From: Bacteroidota bacterium | GTDB taxonomy: Bacteria; Bacteroidota; Bacteroidia; AKYH767-A; OLB10 | Direction of reading: 5' to 3' | DNA length: 64,000 bases | Assembly: GCA_016721435.1 (NCBI GenBank) | Contig: JADKIC010000005.1 | Location: 48,157-112,156 of the forward strand | Shown here: positions 33,101 through 44,200 of the stretch, one piece after another | Layout: every line of letters begins with the position of its first letter | Numbering within the stretch: position 1 is the stretch's first letter | Made by a program: the position numbers and the translations under genes | The notes under the pieces: model-generated | The model's database searches: none | The model's input: only the letters and a program-made list of their open reading frames with translations | What the model was told of the DNA's origin: nothing

Positions 33101-35215
33101 GGAGGTAGTGACGGAAATGCTGAAGCCCTTGCCATTGGAGGAACTTCTCCTTACGGCTACTCCTGGTCAAATGGAACTACTTCTGCGGTTGCTGGCAATC
33201 TCGCTGCGGGTACGTATTCTGTCATCATCACCGATCAACATGGCTGTACCGAAATAAAAAATACGGTCATCACTGAGCCTGCTTTGCTTACAACAACACA
33301 ACAAACTTTAACGATGGTGAGTTGTCATGGCGGGTCAAATGGTACGGCTTCATTTTCTGCTGCCGGTGGAACCGCTCCGTATACTTACAGCTGGTCGAAT
33401 GGCGCAGTAACAGCAAACACTTCCGGACTTATCGCCGGCACGTATAACCTTACTGTCACCGACGACAAAGGATGTGTTACAACATCATCGGTTCTCATTA
33501 CTGAACCTGCCGCTATACTCTTTAATACTCCATCCATCACCAATGTAAGTTGTTTTAATGGTAATAACGGACAGCTTTCAGTAAGTAACTCCGGAGGGCT
33601 GGCACCTTATGCTTACCAATGGTCAACAGGAAGTACCAATGCGGTGCTGAACAATTTGGCAGCAGGTGCTTACACAGTTACAGTGACTGATGCGAATTCC
33701 TGTACAGAAACAAGAACGATGAGTGTTTTGCAGCCGGATGCGATCAGTATTCAATCTGCCATCAACGCCATTCCCTGCTTCGGGATGAACAATGCCGCTA
33801 TCACTGTTAACACATCAGGAGGTGTGGCACCCTATAGTTATGTCTGGAACAATGGGGCAAATACAAATGCGATCTCCTCACTTTCTCCGGGTACGTACTC
33901 CATCACCATAACGGATGCAAACAATTGCGTCTTCGATACCACTTACACTATTACTCAACCAACCGCATTACAAGCCGCAGTGGCCAATCCGGATACTATC
34001 TGCATCGGACAAGCTGCAGTACTGAATGCTGTTGTTAATGGAGGTACGCCATCCTACAGCTACGAATGGAGCAATAGTAATTCAACCAATTCCATTCAGG
34101 TCAATCCTGCTGTTACATCCTCCTACGCACTCACCATTACCGATGCCAACGGATGTAACCTCAGTGTAAATAATATCAACGTAGCCGTGTATTCTGCTTT
34201 ATCCGTAAATCTCGTTGTTTCCGATGATAGCCTATGCGAGGGAGAAAGCACTCTTCTTAGCGCCATTGCAGGTGGAGGTAACGGTGGTCCCTATACGTAT
34301 ACCTGGAACACCAATTCGGGAAATGTTAGTGGTTTTAACGGAACACCGGATAGCAGTTATCTTTACACAGTAAGCATCAGCGATGCCTGCACGGTACTTG
34401 AACCACTGGCACAGCAATATGTTGTAGTACATCCATTGCCAATAGTGGGCTTTACTCCTCTGACAGCAGAAGGATGTAATCCCGTAACAGTTTCATTCGT
34501 TTCAACCAGTCAGACCACACCGGGCGCTACTTACAATTGGAACTTTGGAGATAACAGTGATGGTACCGGAAGTTCCATTGCCCATACCTATATTACAGAC
34601 GGTTCCTTTGCTGTGAGCCTGGAGGTTACTGATCAATATGGCTGTATTAACGCACTGACACAAACAAACCTTGTTACTGTCTTCCCGCTACCTGTTGCAT
34701 TTTATACCAGTGATCCGCAAGAGGTGAGTATACTTCATCCCATCGTACAGTTTATCAACGGAAGCACCGGTGCGGCAACTTCTCACTGGGATTTTGGAGA
34801 TGGCTCGAACCCGACATTCGATTGGTCGCCTGAACATATTTTTGGAGATACCGGTCGTTACAAAGTAGAACTTATCGCGATCAGCAACGATGGTTGTGTA
34901 GATACCTTCTATAATGAAATCATTGTAAAAGGAGAAACCACTTTCTACATTCCCAATGCGTTTACTCCGAACAATGATGGCAACAATGAAACATTTACCG
35001 GCTATGGCATCGGCATTATCCGTGCGGATTTCTTCATCTTTGACCGCTGGGGAAAACTCGTTTATCAGTCGAATACTTTAGAAAAGGGCTGGAACGGGAC
35101 CTACCAAAATAGCGGCGATGAGTGTCCCGAAGGCACCTATGTGTATTTATTCAAGGTGTTCAACGGACAGCCGGCACCATTAGAGATTTCGGGTAAGGTG
35201 ACGTTGGTGAGATAG
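24117..35215 (+). pseudogene. Giant cell-surface adhesin with one frameshift: signal peptide, CUB-like domain, roughly three dozen SprB-type repeats, PKD domains and a type B T9SS (gliding-motility CHU_C) C-terminal domain
   Basis: ORF 24060..25457 has its likely start at ATG 24117 (MLRRNIFLVLVLIAFVFSEAQSQ). ORF 25454..35215 has a frame that is open from about 25310. The join ...YYESP|FGNPFAVADGNPGNN... works if T3 at 25316-25318 is really T4. The ~75-aa repeat consensus is C.G..DG......GG..PY.Y.WS.G.......L.AG.Y.VTVTD.NGC. The C-terminus reads TFYIPNAFTPNNDGNNETF...DRWGKLVY...GWNG. Confidence 0.85.
29520..32220 (+). repeat. Three consecutive 900-bp (four-repeat) supermodules inside the adhesin gene
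   Basis: Positions 30421 and 31321 align in register (ANGGTGAYLYSWSNGD / ANGGTGAYQYLWSNGD). By eye the two copies are about 85% identical over 900 bp. The block about 29520-30420 keeps the same register but is more diverged. Confidence 0.8.
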
Positions 35216-35463
35216 ACATAAATTATTCATTCGATAATTTTACAAAACCGGCACGTGGAAATAGTGCAGTTGAGGATATGCTACTATTCTGTATGGCATC
35301 CGAACATTTAGCTAGTTCTTTAGCATAATTACTCCCCATGGAATGTAACCTGCGCACATCAATAGGGCACCGGTAGCACTAATTAATTCTATATCGGGAT
35401 TATTCAGTAAGAGAAGACCAATAATGATGTACTCTCCTTGCCATTTGCTAAATGGCTTGGGGT

Positions 35464-35880
35464 CTATTTAAACTCCACGACATCAGCTATTACTACAATT
35501 TTAATTTTTGTGTAAAATAACATATTGAAAGTTTCTGAATCATAGCGCAAATTTGTCAACGCCAGCGTCCGTCCAACAGCACTTCCATTCTTTGCCTCAA
35601 AATTTGCCCAAAGGTTTTCCATAGCATTCTTATAGAGTGTACGATTGGATGATAATGGTATAATTGAGAATTGACCTCCACCCAAACCAATGCCAAAACT
35701 CACGCCCAAGATTCCTTTACTTGAGGATTCACCACTGATACTTGTGGCCACAATTTGATAGTTTTTGCTTGTTAAACCAACATTGGTAAGATGGGCCGAA
35801 GCCGTAAGACCAGTTGAAGCACATCCCCCGAAGAAGGTAATTATTACGATGGCAAGTAAAATTGAAATTAACTTTTTCAT
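35464..35880 (-). CDS. Small lipoprotein of unknown function
   Basis: A 138-aa ORF with lipobox LLAIVIITFFGGC. Confidence 0.6.
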   Translation of the reverse strand: MKKLISILLAIVIITFFGGCASTGLTASAHLTNVGLTSKNYQIVATSISGESSSKGILGVSFGIGLGGGQFSIIPLSSNRTLYKNAMENLWANFEAKNGSAVGRTLALTNLRYDSETFNMLFYTKIKIVVIADVVEFK

Positions 35881-36239
35881 GATTTGCAGTTTAATTATTT
35901 TTCAATGTAAAATTGAATGTCATCAACTAGAAAATTAATGACACTGTTCACTAATACTTATGATTCCTGTCATTTTTTATTTTATAAAAGTGATAGCAAA
36001 TCGGCTTTGCTGACTTTAAGGATGTGTCAGTTTTTGGGTTAACAGAATGTTCTGTCGGATCGGATGGCAGTTGCCTGAAACGGTTGAGGCTATAAGCCGG
36101 CGGGCATTTCGAAGCACTTCACTGTCAACTTACGATGAAGTTTATTTGATGTACTACACTTCAAATTACCACTAGCTGCCCGCTTGATGTTAGCCTTTGT
36201 CTGTTGTTGTTGGCGTTTGTTGTACTTCAAACTCAACAT

Positions 36240-36866
36240 TCATAGTGTTTCCGCCTTTTCGTGCCCTTTTCCCTCGTGAAAAACTAGAGCAAGGAAAATA
36301 CAAGAGATCGGCAGGACTATACCATAACCAAGGATTCCGACTCGCTGAATAGCCATATTCCCCACCATTGGTCCAATAGCGCCAAGCAAACAAAGAACAC
36401 CCGTTGCAAAAAGAGCCCAGCGGGCACGGGCGCTATGCCCTCGTCCGGTGACTGCGGGAGCAGCAAAGACAAGAGCCAATCCGAGGAAGACATCCCAAGC
36501 GAGGAGTTCGACAGAATATAAAGTGGATGGCCAATCTAATGTTGTGAAGTTCATCTGGCGCCCCGCAGTAAGCGTCACGAAATGCACGGCGCTTGTCAAG
36601 CCTGCCATAATTGCCCCAAACGTTAGAGCAAGTACTCCAAACACCTTGCGTTCTGGGCTGGCAAGGCCGCTTACTGCGGCAAGTAAAATAACAATAAGCG
36701 GTGCGGAAACTAAGGTAATAGCCTCCATCACAGCCAGAGTTGGGTCAATGATTGGTTTGTCGAGACCAACTTGTGCAATTCCGAACCCTACCACTATAGC
36801 ATATGTCATTCCAACTATAACTAGTCCTAAAGAAGAAAGAAAACCAAGTTGTCGCGTATTTTTCAT
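36240..36866 (-). CDS. Six-TM membrane protein of unknown function, probably horizontally acquired
   Basis: A 208-aa hydrophobic ORF. A strong Shine-Dalgarno GGAGG lies 9 nt upstream of the ATG (minus strand AATGGAGGAACACAGATATG). The gene is visibly more G+C-rich than its AT-rich flanks. Confidence 0.6.
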   Translation of the reverse strand: MKNTRQLGFLSSLGLVIVGMTYAIVVGFGIAQVGLDKPIIDPTLAVMEAITLVSAPLIVILLAAVSGLASPERKVFGVLALTFGAIMAGLTSAVHFVTLTAGRQMNFTTLDWPSTLYSVELLAWDVFLGLALVFAAPAVTGRGHSARARWALFATGVLCLLGAIGPMVGNMAIQRVGILGYGIVLPISCIFLALVFHEGKGHEKAETL

Positions 36867-37170
36867 ATCTGTGTTCCTCCATTAAGCGCATCCAAACAGA
36901 GAAGTAAGTGGGACACGTTTTTTAATTCATTAATGCTCTCTATCGCAGATGCCAATAACAGCCAACATATAATTAACGCATAAGAGTTTTAAATCAGGAT
37001 CTTTTAATGAGCTAAATCATCAAGGTACTTAAATCCGCATAAATTCCACGGCTAATTAAACACATTGCTTTTAACATGGCAATATCAACTTTCAAAATTA
37101 ATGTCCATCAGAAAATATTTCTTCGCCTCAACATACTTTTAAAAAACAATCCCCTGCTCCATCCTTCCCA

Positions 37171-37980
37171 CTACATCAACCCAAAACTATCTGCATCCAT
37201 CAACACAGGAAATTTCTTGCGCACATCCTGCAAGGCCTTCCAGTTAAGTTCAATCGTTTCAACTCCGGTTTTGTTGGGCTTGATATTACTAATGCTCTCC
37301 CCCAGTGGATTGAGGACAACAGAATCACCGCTATATGGAATATCGTTTCCATCCTTCCCTATACGATTTACACCTGCCACATAACTTTGATTTTCGATAG
37401 CGCGGGCAATGAGTAATTGCTTCCACGCATAGCTTCTTGCGCCGGGCCAGTTCGCTACATACAGCAAAACATCGTAATCGTACTTTGCTTTCGCGCCTTT
37501 ACCAATGATGCGGTTGCGGCTCCATACCGGGAAACGAAGGTCATAACAAACCATCGGACAAAATCCCCAGCCTTTGTATTCAATCACCAATCCTTCGGCA
37601 CTATTTGAAAAAGTTTTCTCCTCCTTAGCCATTCTGAAAAGATGGCGCTTGTCATAATGATCATAATGTCCATCAGGCTCCATCCAGATAAATCGGTTAT
37701 AAAATTTTCCTTCCTCCTTAATGATTAGCGATCCGCAAATTGCTGCTTTCAATCCTTTTGCAGTTTCAAACATCCACTGCATCGACGGGCCTTCCATTTC
37801 TTCGGCTAATTTTTTTGCCTGCATACTAAATCCGGTACTAAACATTTCCGGCAATACAATCACATCACTCTCTCCTTTTCCAATCTTAGAAAGCAATTTA
37901 TTAAAGGTTTTGAAATTATCTACCGGTGATTCCCATGCAAGGGTAGACTGGACGAGAGTAATATTTAGATTTCTTGGCAT
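37171..37980 (-). CDS. yafV: Carbon-nitrogen hydrolase, omega-amidase (YafV-like)
   Basis: The likely start is MPRNLNITLVQ (37980). The Glu/Lys/Cys triad contexts are VIVLPEMF, YDKRHLF and VCYDLRFPVWSRN. The protein is colinear with E. coli YafV as I recall it (…YVANWP..R…LL.ARAIENQ.YVAG.NR.G.DG). Confidence 0.8.
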   Translation of the reverse strand: MPRNLNITLVQSTLAWESPVDNFKTFNKLLSKIGKGESDVIVLPEMFSTGFSMQAKKLAEEMEGPSMQWMFETAKGLKAAICGSLIIKEEGKFYNRFIWMEPDGHYDHYDKRHLFRMAKEEKTFSNSAEGLVIEYKGWGFCPMVCYDLRFPVWSRNRIIGKGAKAKYDYDVLLYVANWPGARSYAWKQLLIARAIENQSYVAGVNRIGKDGNDIPYSGDSVVLNPLGESISNIKPNKTGVETIELNWKALQDVRKKFPVLMDADSFGLM

Positions 37981-38026
37981 ATGCGTCTTTTTTATGATGA
38001 CGAATATACGTATTTTGTCCATTGTA

Positions 38027-38068
38027 GTGACAGGTCGTGACCTGTCACGAGCGAGGGCGACCTGTCAT
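38027..38068. repeat. REP palindrome (one full copy plus a half-site) between the yafV-like and ybdL-like genes
   Basis: GTGACAGGTCGTGACCTGTCAC lies at 38027-38048. The half-site GGCGACCTGTCAT lies at 38056-38068. Confidence 0.9.
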
Positions 38069-38072
38069 TACA

Positions 38073-39237
38073 TTACGGACGAATCTTTAAAAGTCTTTCC
38101 GCTGCCTGCTCGAGCATTGTATTTTCCTTGGCGAAACAAAAGCGAAGGAGATGATAATCCTGAGGTATATGATAAAATACAGAAACCGGAATGGAGGCCA
38201 CGCCATTTTCCCTCGTGAGCCGAATGGCATAATCGGTATCCTTTTCTTTTGAAATACCGCTGTAGTCAAGCACTTGAAAATAGGAGCCCATACAGGGGAG
38301 TATTTTGAAAGCCGAGCCTGTAATGAGCTGACGAAAATAGTCTCTTTTCTCTTCGTAAAATTGCTGCAGGCCCTGATAAGTGCTTTTGTCCTTCATGTAT
38401 TCTGTTAAGGCATATTGCAAGGGTGTATTGACGGAAAAGACAGTAAACTGATGCACCTTCCTGAATTCTTTCATGAGATTAGCGGGTCCAATGCAATAAC
38501 CGATCTTCCATCCCGTGGCATGAAATGTTTTCCCGAAACTATATACCAACAGACTCCTCGATGCCAATTTTGGAAAACGTGCTACACTCTGGTGTTCGTA
38601 ACCATCAAATATAATATGCTCATATACTTCATCGCTCAGGACAATAATATCAGTACCGTCCGTGAGCTTTTCCAGCTGGAGCATATCTGCAGCATTCAAA
38701 ATAGTTCCTGTCGGATTTTGTGGTGTATTAATAATGATCATCCGTGTGCGTTGGTTGATCAGCTTTTTTATTTCCTCCCAGGGTATTTTATATGCAGGTG
38801 GTTTAAGATGAATATGCACCGGAATTCCTCCGGCCATATTGATTGCGGGTACATAACTATCGTAGGCGGGTTCGAGAACGATCACTTCATCACCTTCATG
38901 AATGAAAGCAGCGATGGCGGTGTAAAGGGCCTGTGTTCCGCCTGCAGTGATGGTGATTTCGGTATCAGGGTTATAGGCAGATGAATAGAGCTCCTGCATC
39001 TTTTCGGCTATGCGTTCCCGTAGTGGAAGGATGCCGGGCATAGGAGCGTATTGGTTATGCCCCGCCTTCATGGCTGGGGATATAAAGTTCAATCAGTTTC
39101 GGCGAAACCGGAAAACCCGGAAAGCCCTGACTCAAATTGATAGCTCCCACTTCATTGGCAAGACCGGACATTATGGTAAAAATGGTGGTCCCGGCCTTGG
39201 GAAGTTTGCTGCGTATATTTCCTGTAAATTCCGGCAT
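38073..39237 (-). pseudogene. ybdL: PLP-dependent methionine/glutamine aminotransferase (YbdL-like), one frameshift near the N-terminus
   Basis: ORFs 39055..39237 (MPEFTGNIRSKLPKAGTTIFTIMSGLANEVGAINLSQGFPGFP...) and 38073..39092 (...AGHNQYAPMPG...SFGKTFHATGWKIGY...) together are colinear with E. coli YbdL. The frames meet at about 39075-39095. Removing one T from the CTTT there restores KLIELISPAMKAGHNQY. Confidence 0.8.
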
Positions 39238-39313
39238 ATCGTACGAATTTAAGCATTCATTTTTATCCCGGAATAGTATCTTTGGATGCTATTGATCCTC
39301 ACCTAAAAAAGAA

Positions 39314-40192
39314 ATGATGAATCCTGCAGATGCCTTTCGTATGTCTTGGGAACAGTCCTTTCATCGCTTTGCCGATGTGGTCGCCATCCATCCGCTTGGA
39401 GGCGGAAGTATTAACAGCGTTTATAAAGTAGAGACGACAGACGGACAATTTGTGATGAAGATGAATTCTTTATCACGTTATCCGGGGATGTTCAAAGGGG
39501 AAGCGGCAGGGTTGCAATTGATCATGGATACAAAAAGTGTATCTGTACCGGGAATAGTGGCGGTTACAGCATTAAAACAGCATCAGGTTTTAATACTGGA
39601 ATACATAGAACCGGCACCTCGTATAAAGCATTTTTACAGTCATTTTGGAGAACAACTCGCAGCCATGCATCGTCATACTTCGGAAACATTTGGACTTTCC
39701 TTCAACAATTACATCGGCTCACTTCCTCAAAATAATAAACAGGAAAAATCACTGTATGATTTCTTTATCCAACATAGGATTGAGCCACAACTAAGACTGG
39801 CTGTACGAAAAGAATTACTTAATGACAGGGATGAAAAAGATTTCGAAGACCTCTTCAAAAAACTCGAACATCTTCTCCCCGATGAGCACCCCTCATTGAT
39901 TCATGGTGATCTTTGGAATGGAAACTACATCACCGGAAATGACGGTAAGGCCTGGCTGATAGATCCTGCAGTGTCTTACAGCTCGCGCGAGGCAGATATT
40001 GCGATGACAAAATTATTCGGAGGATTCGAACCTGAATTTTATTCTGCCTATCACGAGGTTTTTCCTCTTATTGACGGGTGGGAACAACGTTTAGATCTCT
40101 GGAATCTCTATCCCTTGTTGGTCCATGTGAATCTTTTTGGTGGACATTATGTGCAGGAAGTGAGAAGTATCGTTAAAAATTATATACGATAA
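39314..40192 (+). CDS. Fructosamine/ketosamine-3-kinase family protein
   Basis: A 292-aa ORF. The catalytic loop is PSLIHGDLWNGN, followed by WLIDPAVSY. Confidence 0.85.
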   Translation: MMNPADAFRMSWEQSFHRFADVVAIHPLGGGSINSVYKVETTDGQFVMKMNSLSRYPGMFKGEAAGLQLIMDTKSVSVPGIVAVTALKQHQVLILEYIEPAPRIKHFYSHFGEQLAAMHRHTSETFGLSFNNYIGSLPQNNKQEKSLYDFFIQHRIEPQLRLAVRKELLNDRDEKDFEDLFKKLEHLLPDEHPSLIHGDLWNGNYITGNDGKAWLIDPAVSYSSREADIAMTKLFGGFEPEFYSAYHEVFPLIDGWEQRLDLWNLYPLLVHVNLFGGHYVQEVRSIVKNYIR

Positions 40193-40202
40193 ACAGGGGA
40201 GC

Positions 40203-40263
40203 TCTCGTCTACTGACGAGACTTGGGGGAGGGGAGGATCGTTCTTGGGGGAGGGTAGTGAGGA
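40203..40263. repeat. Singleton related to the 86-bp repeat: hairpin TCTCGTC-TACT-GACGAGA followed by a G-rich tail
   Basis: ACTGACGAGACTTGGGGGAGGGGAGGATCGT here parallels ACTGACGAGATTTTGGGAGTGATTCGT in the 4838-5250 units. The G tracts span 40224-40254. Confidence 0.7.
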
Positions 40264-40297
40264 TACAAGGCTTTTATATACCTAACTATTTATGAAA

Positions 40298-40531
40298 TTA
40301 TTGGGAAGGAAGAATATAGGATAATGCGCCGGAAGGACATTTTTTTACTTGCTCAACTATTTCTTTTGTACCGGCGTTCTCTGCTTCGATCCAGGGTCGT
40401 TTACGCGGGTCAAAAACTGCAGGCAGGCCTTTGAAACAAATGGCAGAATGGATACATAAGGAGGGTTTCCAAACAATGGTTACTTCACCGTTCGAGTACT
40501 TTTTTGTGATCTCTTTCATATATTCAGACAA
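40298..40531 (-). CDS. Small divergent 4Fe-4S mono-cluster (ferredoxin-like) protein
   Basis: A 77-aa ORF with the pattern ...IVWKPSLCIHSAICFKGLPAVFDPRKRPWI...VKKCPSGALSY. Confidence 0.65.
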   Translation of the reverse strand: MSEYMKEITKKYSNGEVTIVWKPSLCIHSAICFKGLPAVFDPRKRPWIEAENAGTKEIVEQVKKCPSGALSYILPSQ

Positions 40532-40713
40532 ATGGGGTTAATGAATTAATATGAGCTAAAATACCAATTTTGCACTGAAATTAAACCTTCACGATTCTGG
40601 AATAGAAAATGAACATCTATTGATGGATTATATTAAGGATCAGCGAAAAAGAACAAGATTATATTTCGTCATTTATTGGCCCAAACCACTTTTGCAAATT
40701 GTATCTTTGCCCC

Positions 40714-41166
40714 ATGGGAACGATTGAGGAGGCCATTAAACAAAGTAAATTCAATAACGACCACGAAAAAGTTGTTGTGAATATACTTTACACGGCCAGT
40801 TGGCTGGAAAGCTACAATATTCAACGTTTTAAACCTTTTGGTATCTCTCCGCAACAGTTTAATGTACTTCGCATTTTACGTGGCTCCTTTCCAAATGCAC
40901 TTCGATTAAGCGACATCACAGAACGGATGATCGACAAAAATTCCAATGCCACACGTTTGGTAGAAAAGTTACGTCAAAAATCATTGGTCAAACGGGAGAT
41001 CTGTAAACATAATCGTCGACAGGTGGATATTTGGATTACTCAAAAAGGCCTGGATCTTTTATCCCAGCTCGATGCGAAAGCAGAAGAATGGCTCAAAGAG
41101 TTGCAGGGAATTTCTAAAGAGGAAGCCGGACAATTATGCGAACTTTTGGATCGGTTGCGGGGTTAA
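40714..41166 (+). CDS. MarR-family transcriptional regulator
   Basis: The ORF is 40699..41166 with the likely start at ATG 40714. The winged-helix region is ISPQQFNVLRILRG...LRLSDITERMIDKNSNATRLVEKLRQKSLVKRE. Confidence 0.8.
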   Translation: MGTIEEAIKQSKFNNDHEKVVVNILYTASWLESYNIQRFKPFGISPQQFNVLRILRGSFPNALRLSDITERMIDKNSNATRLVEKLRQKSLVKREICKHNRRQVDIWITQKGLDLLSQLDAKAEEWLKELQGISKEEAGQLCELLDRLRG

Positions 41167-41224
41167 AATGATTCAGAAAAGTATTATTGCTTAATTAAAG
41201 TGGTTGCAGAAAAAAGACTTCCAT

Positions 41225-44200
41225 TTAATTTTTGATCAACTTTACAAAAAATGTAGTTCCTTCATTTTCTCTGGTCTTGAACCAGACTTGTCCGCCCATA
41301 CCTTCCACCATCGCCTTCACCATAGCAAGTCCCAGCCCGGTGCCGCTGGTCTTGGTAGTAAAATTCGGAACAAAGATTTTCCCCAGTTGATCCGGTGGTA
41401 TGCCGACGCCGTTATCCTCTACACTTACTGTGATGTCGCTATCACTTTCTGTAAATCGCAGTTGAACAACGCCTACTCTCTGATCCGGAATAGCTTGCTG
41501 GGCATTTTTAATAAGATTCCCAAACACTCTTATCAATTGATCCTTATCTGCCTGAACAAACAATTCTCCGGCCCGATCTTCAAAAACGACAGTCGCACTT
41601 CCTGCCTCATTGTATAAATCACAAGCATGAATCAAAACTCCCTTCAACTCTACACGTGTATATTCCGGCTTAGGCATCTTGGCAAAATGACTAAACTCCG
41701 TTGCAATATTGGAGAGGGTATCTATTTGTTCAATCAAGGTGGTACTGATTTTCCTGACAAGTTCATCCATATTGGGATGCTTCGCATCCATCGCGCGTTG
41801 CAGATGCTGAATTCCCAGTTTCATAGGTGTTAGGGGATTTTTGATCTCATGAGCTACCTGCTTTGCCATTTCCCGCCAGGCACTCTCCCGCTCTGATCGT
41901 GCAAGCAGTCCAGCACTCTTCTGCAGTTGATCTAACATGCGGTTGTACTCGCCAATCAATGCGCTAATCTCATCCTTAGTCTTCCATATAATGGGTTGAC
42001 TTTCGGAACCAAGTGTAGTCCGTTTAAGGTTTTCCTGAATAATTCGAAGGGGTTGAGTGATACGGTTCGAAATAATAAAGGCTACCAAAATTGAAATACT
42101 AAACAGAAGCACGTAGAGATTTATTAACGCGACGAGGAATCCGGAAATATCTCTCTTTAACTCTGTATCACGGTCAAAATACGGCAAACTTAAAAACCAA
42201 TGGCTTTACTTTCCGAATTACGTACAGGTTCATAAGCGGCAATATACTTGAGATTTCCGATATTCTCACTCTGAATAAAATGTGCTTTTTGGTTAGTGGT
42301 TAAACTGGTAAACGCAGTTCGGTTCATCACGGGCGCAATGATCTCCTGTTCATATATTCCGGATTGAGAAAAAAACAAAATTCCATTCGGCTTGTAAAGA
42401 TTAAAATCAGTTTTTAAAGTGACAGATAGATTTCTGAAAGAATACAGTAGATCATCCGTAATACTAAATCCGAGCTCCTCTCTGGATCTCAGCTGACTTT
42501 CTACCAACACTCTTACATTGTTCAATTTTTCTCTTATCCGGGTGGTCTGTGCCTTCTCGTAATTATCTACAATATATGTCACCGTGGCAACGCCAATCAG
42601 GGTAAGTGTTCCGATAACAATCAATACTATTGTAAGCTGGATCCGGCTATTAAAATTTAACTGTAAGCGAAGTCCCTCTCTGATTAAACGAATGGAAATA
42701 TCCAATAAAATATACAGGAAAGTGAAGAAAGTAAAAAGATATGAAAACAGGGTAACCCATACCCATAACCCTGACGTGGAGTACTCAGAATAATAAGATT
42801 TCGACCATACCTGTAAAATAAATGCGAATGATCATCAAAAGAAACAAACCGCATCCCGTCCAGATTTCTCATGTACTGCAGGTAAGGTGCTTCCGTTAAA
42901 TAATAATTATAACCACCCGATTGATTCACCAGCTTACCCAATTGATACTTGGCGTAAGAATAGTTGGTGAGATCTCTCGTCTTTCCCACTTTATCGTTAA
43001 GGAGCAATTCCGGTAAACCATTTTCCTCCTGTGAAGAACGGGCCATCAATTCAATAACTAATGTTCCTGCCGGAGCATCATTTCCCCGGCTTCAATAGCC
43101 CAACATACTCTGCTCTTCCATTTTCTCCACTGAAATAATAAAAACTATTTCCTGCAACGGGTTTCCCTTCTCTAATATTTCTGCTTTGAAGAATGTCCAG
43201 ATTCCAGGAAGGATCACCTGCTCTGTTTACGGGCAAGTCGGAGGAATTAAAATATTTAAACCGCACTTCATAACGACCCAGGTACCCGCTAAAATACTGG
43301 CGCGTCAACTGTCTGCTAATGTCTTCAATCAGATTCGGTGAATTCATTACTATTTGCCGGGAAAGGGAAAGGAGATGGATCAGTGATTTATCGTTTCGTA
43401 AACGCAGCTCTATATTCTGCAAGAGAAATTCCGCGACAACATCCTGTTCGTTTTCAAGCTGAGCTGCCAACAGTTGGCGTTTTTGCTGTTCTCTGATTTC
43501 ATTGAAGCTGTAAATAATCTGTGCCGCGTACAAGGAGAAAACCAGAATCACCAATGCTGTTCGGGATAATGAATACAACTGCAACTCACTTTTTCTGATA
43601 TAACCGATAAAAAATATCAACACATTAGCCATTAAGAAAGCACTGACCCCATAGTCGGTGAATAAATCATTGTCGCGATACACCAATAATGTAGTCAGAA
43701 AAATACCCTGTGAAATAAGGAACAATATAGCCACGATGGAAAACTTCAAGCCGGTTTTACGGATAAACTGCACACCGCCGTCGCAGAGCAGATAAAAAGT
43801 TCCGAGTAGCATACCAATTATCAACATCCCAATTCCGGTGTAGATACTCAATTGAAAAATATTACTGATATCAAAGGATATTTGCGAATTGATGATTAAT
43901 CCGCTTAAAAGGTAATTGATCAAAACTGAAAACAAAAAGGTGGTGTAAAACACCAAGATGATCAACATCCTGCTGAATACACCTTCCTTAAATCTCTTTC
44001 CTTGTAACAGCCAGGCATAGGTGAAAATAATGATCAACGAAGCAACAGCAACTGATATGAGCAAATCCCCCAGTGAGTTCAGCATAAATCCGCTCGCATA
44101 AAAAGTGGAGCTGAACAAATCGCTCTCATATAAAGCAGCCGGCCAATGAAAAGAAGCCATAAAAAAACGAATAATTATTATTCCGAAAAGCAATAGTACT

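Noticed and set aside
25261-34432. Numerous 60-140-aa ORFs on both strands inside the adhesin gene.
   Set aside because: They are out-of-frame or antisense readings of a low-complexity repeat region. The 3,253-aa frame explains the whole interval.
35300-35463. A minus-strand reading, IDPKPFSKWQGEYIIIGLLLLNNPDIELISATGALLMCAGYIPWGVIMLKN, as a small membrane protein gene.
   Set aside because: It has no start codon in frame (it opens directly after a stop) and is only about 50 codons long. I treat it as a possible gene remnant within the islet, not a feature.
36448-36885. A 145-aa + strand ORF antisense to the six-TM membrane-protein gene, plus similar antisense ORFs such as 48426..49082 and 55697..56230.
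   Set aside because: Each lies entirely within a better-supported gene on the opposite strand and has no recognisable motifs.
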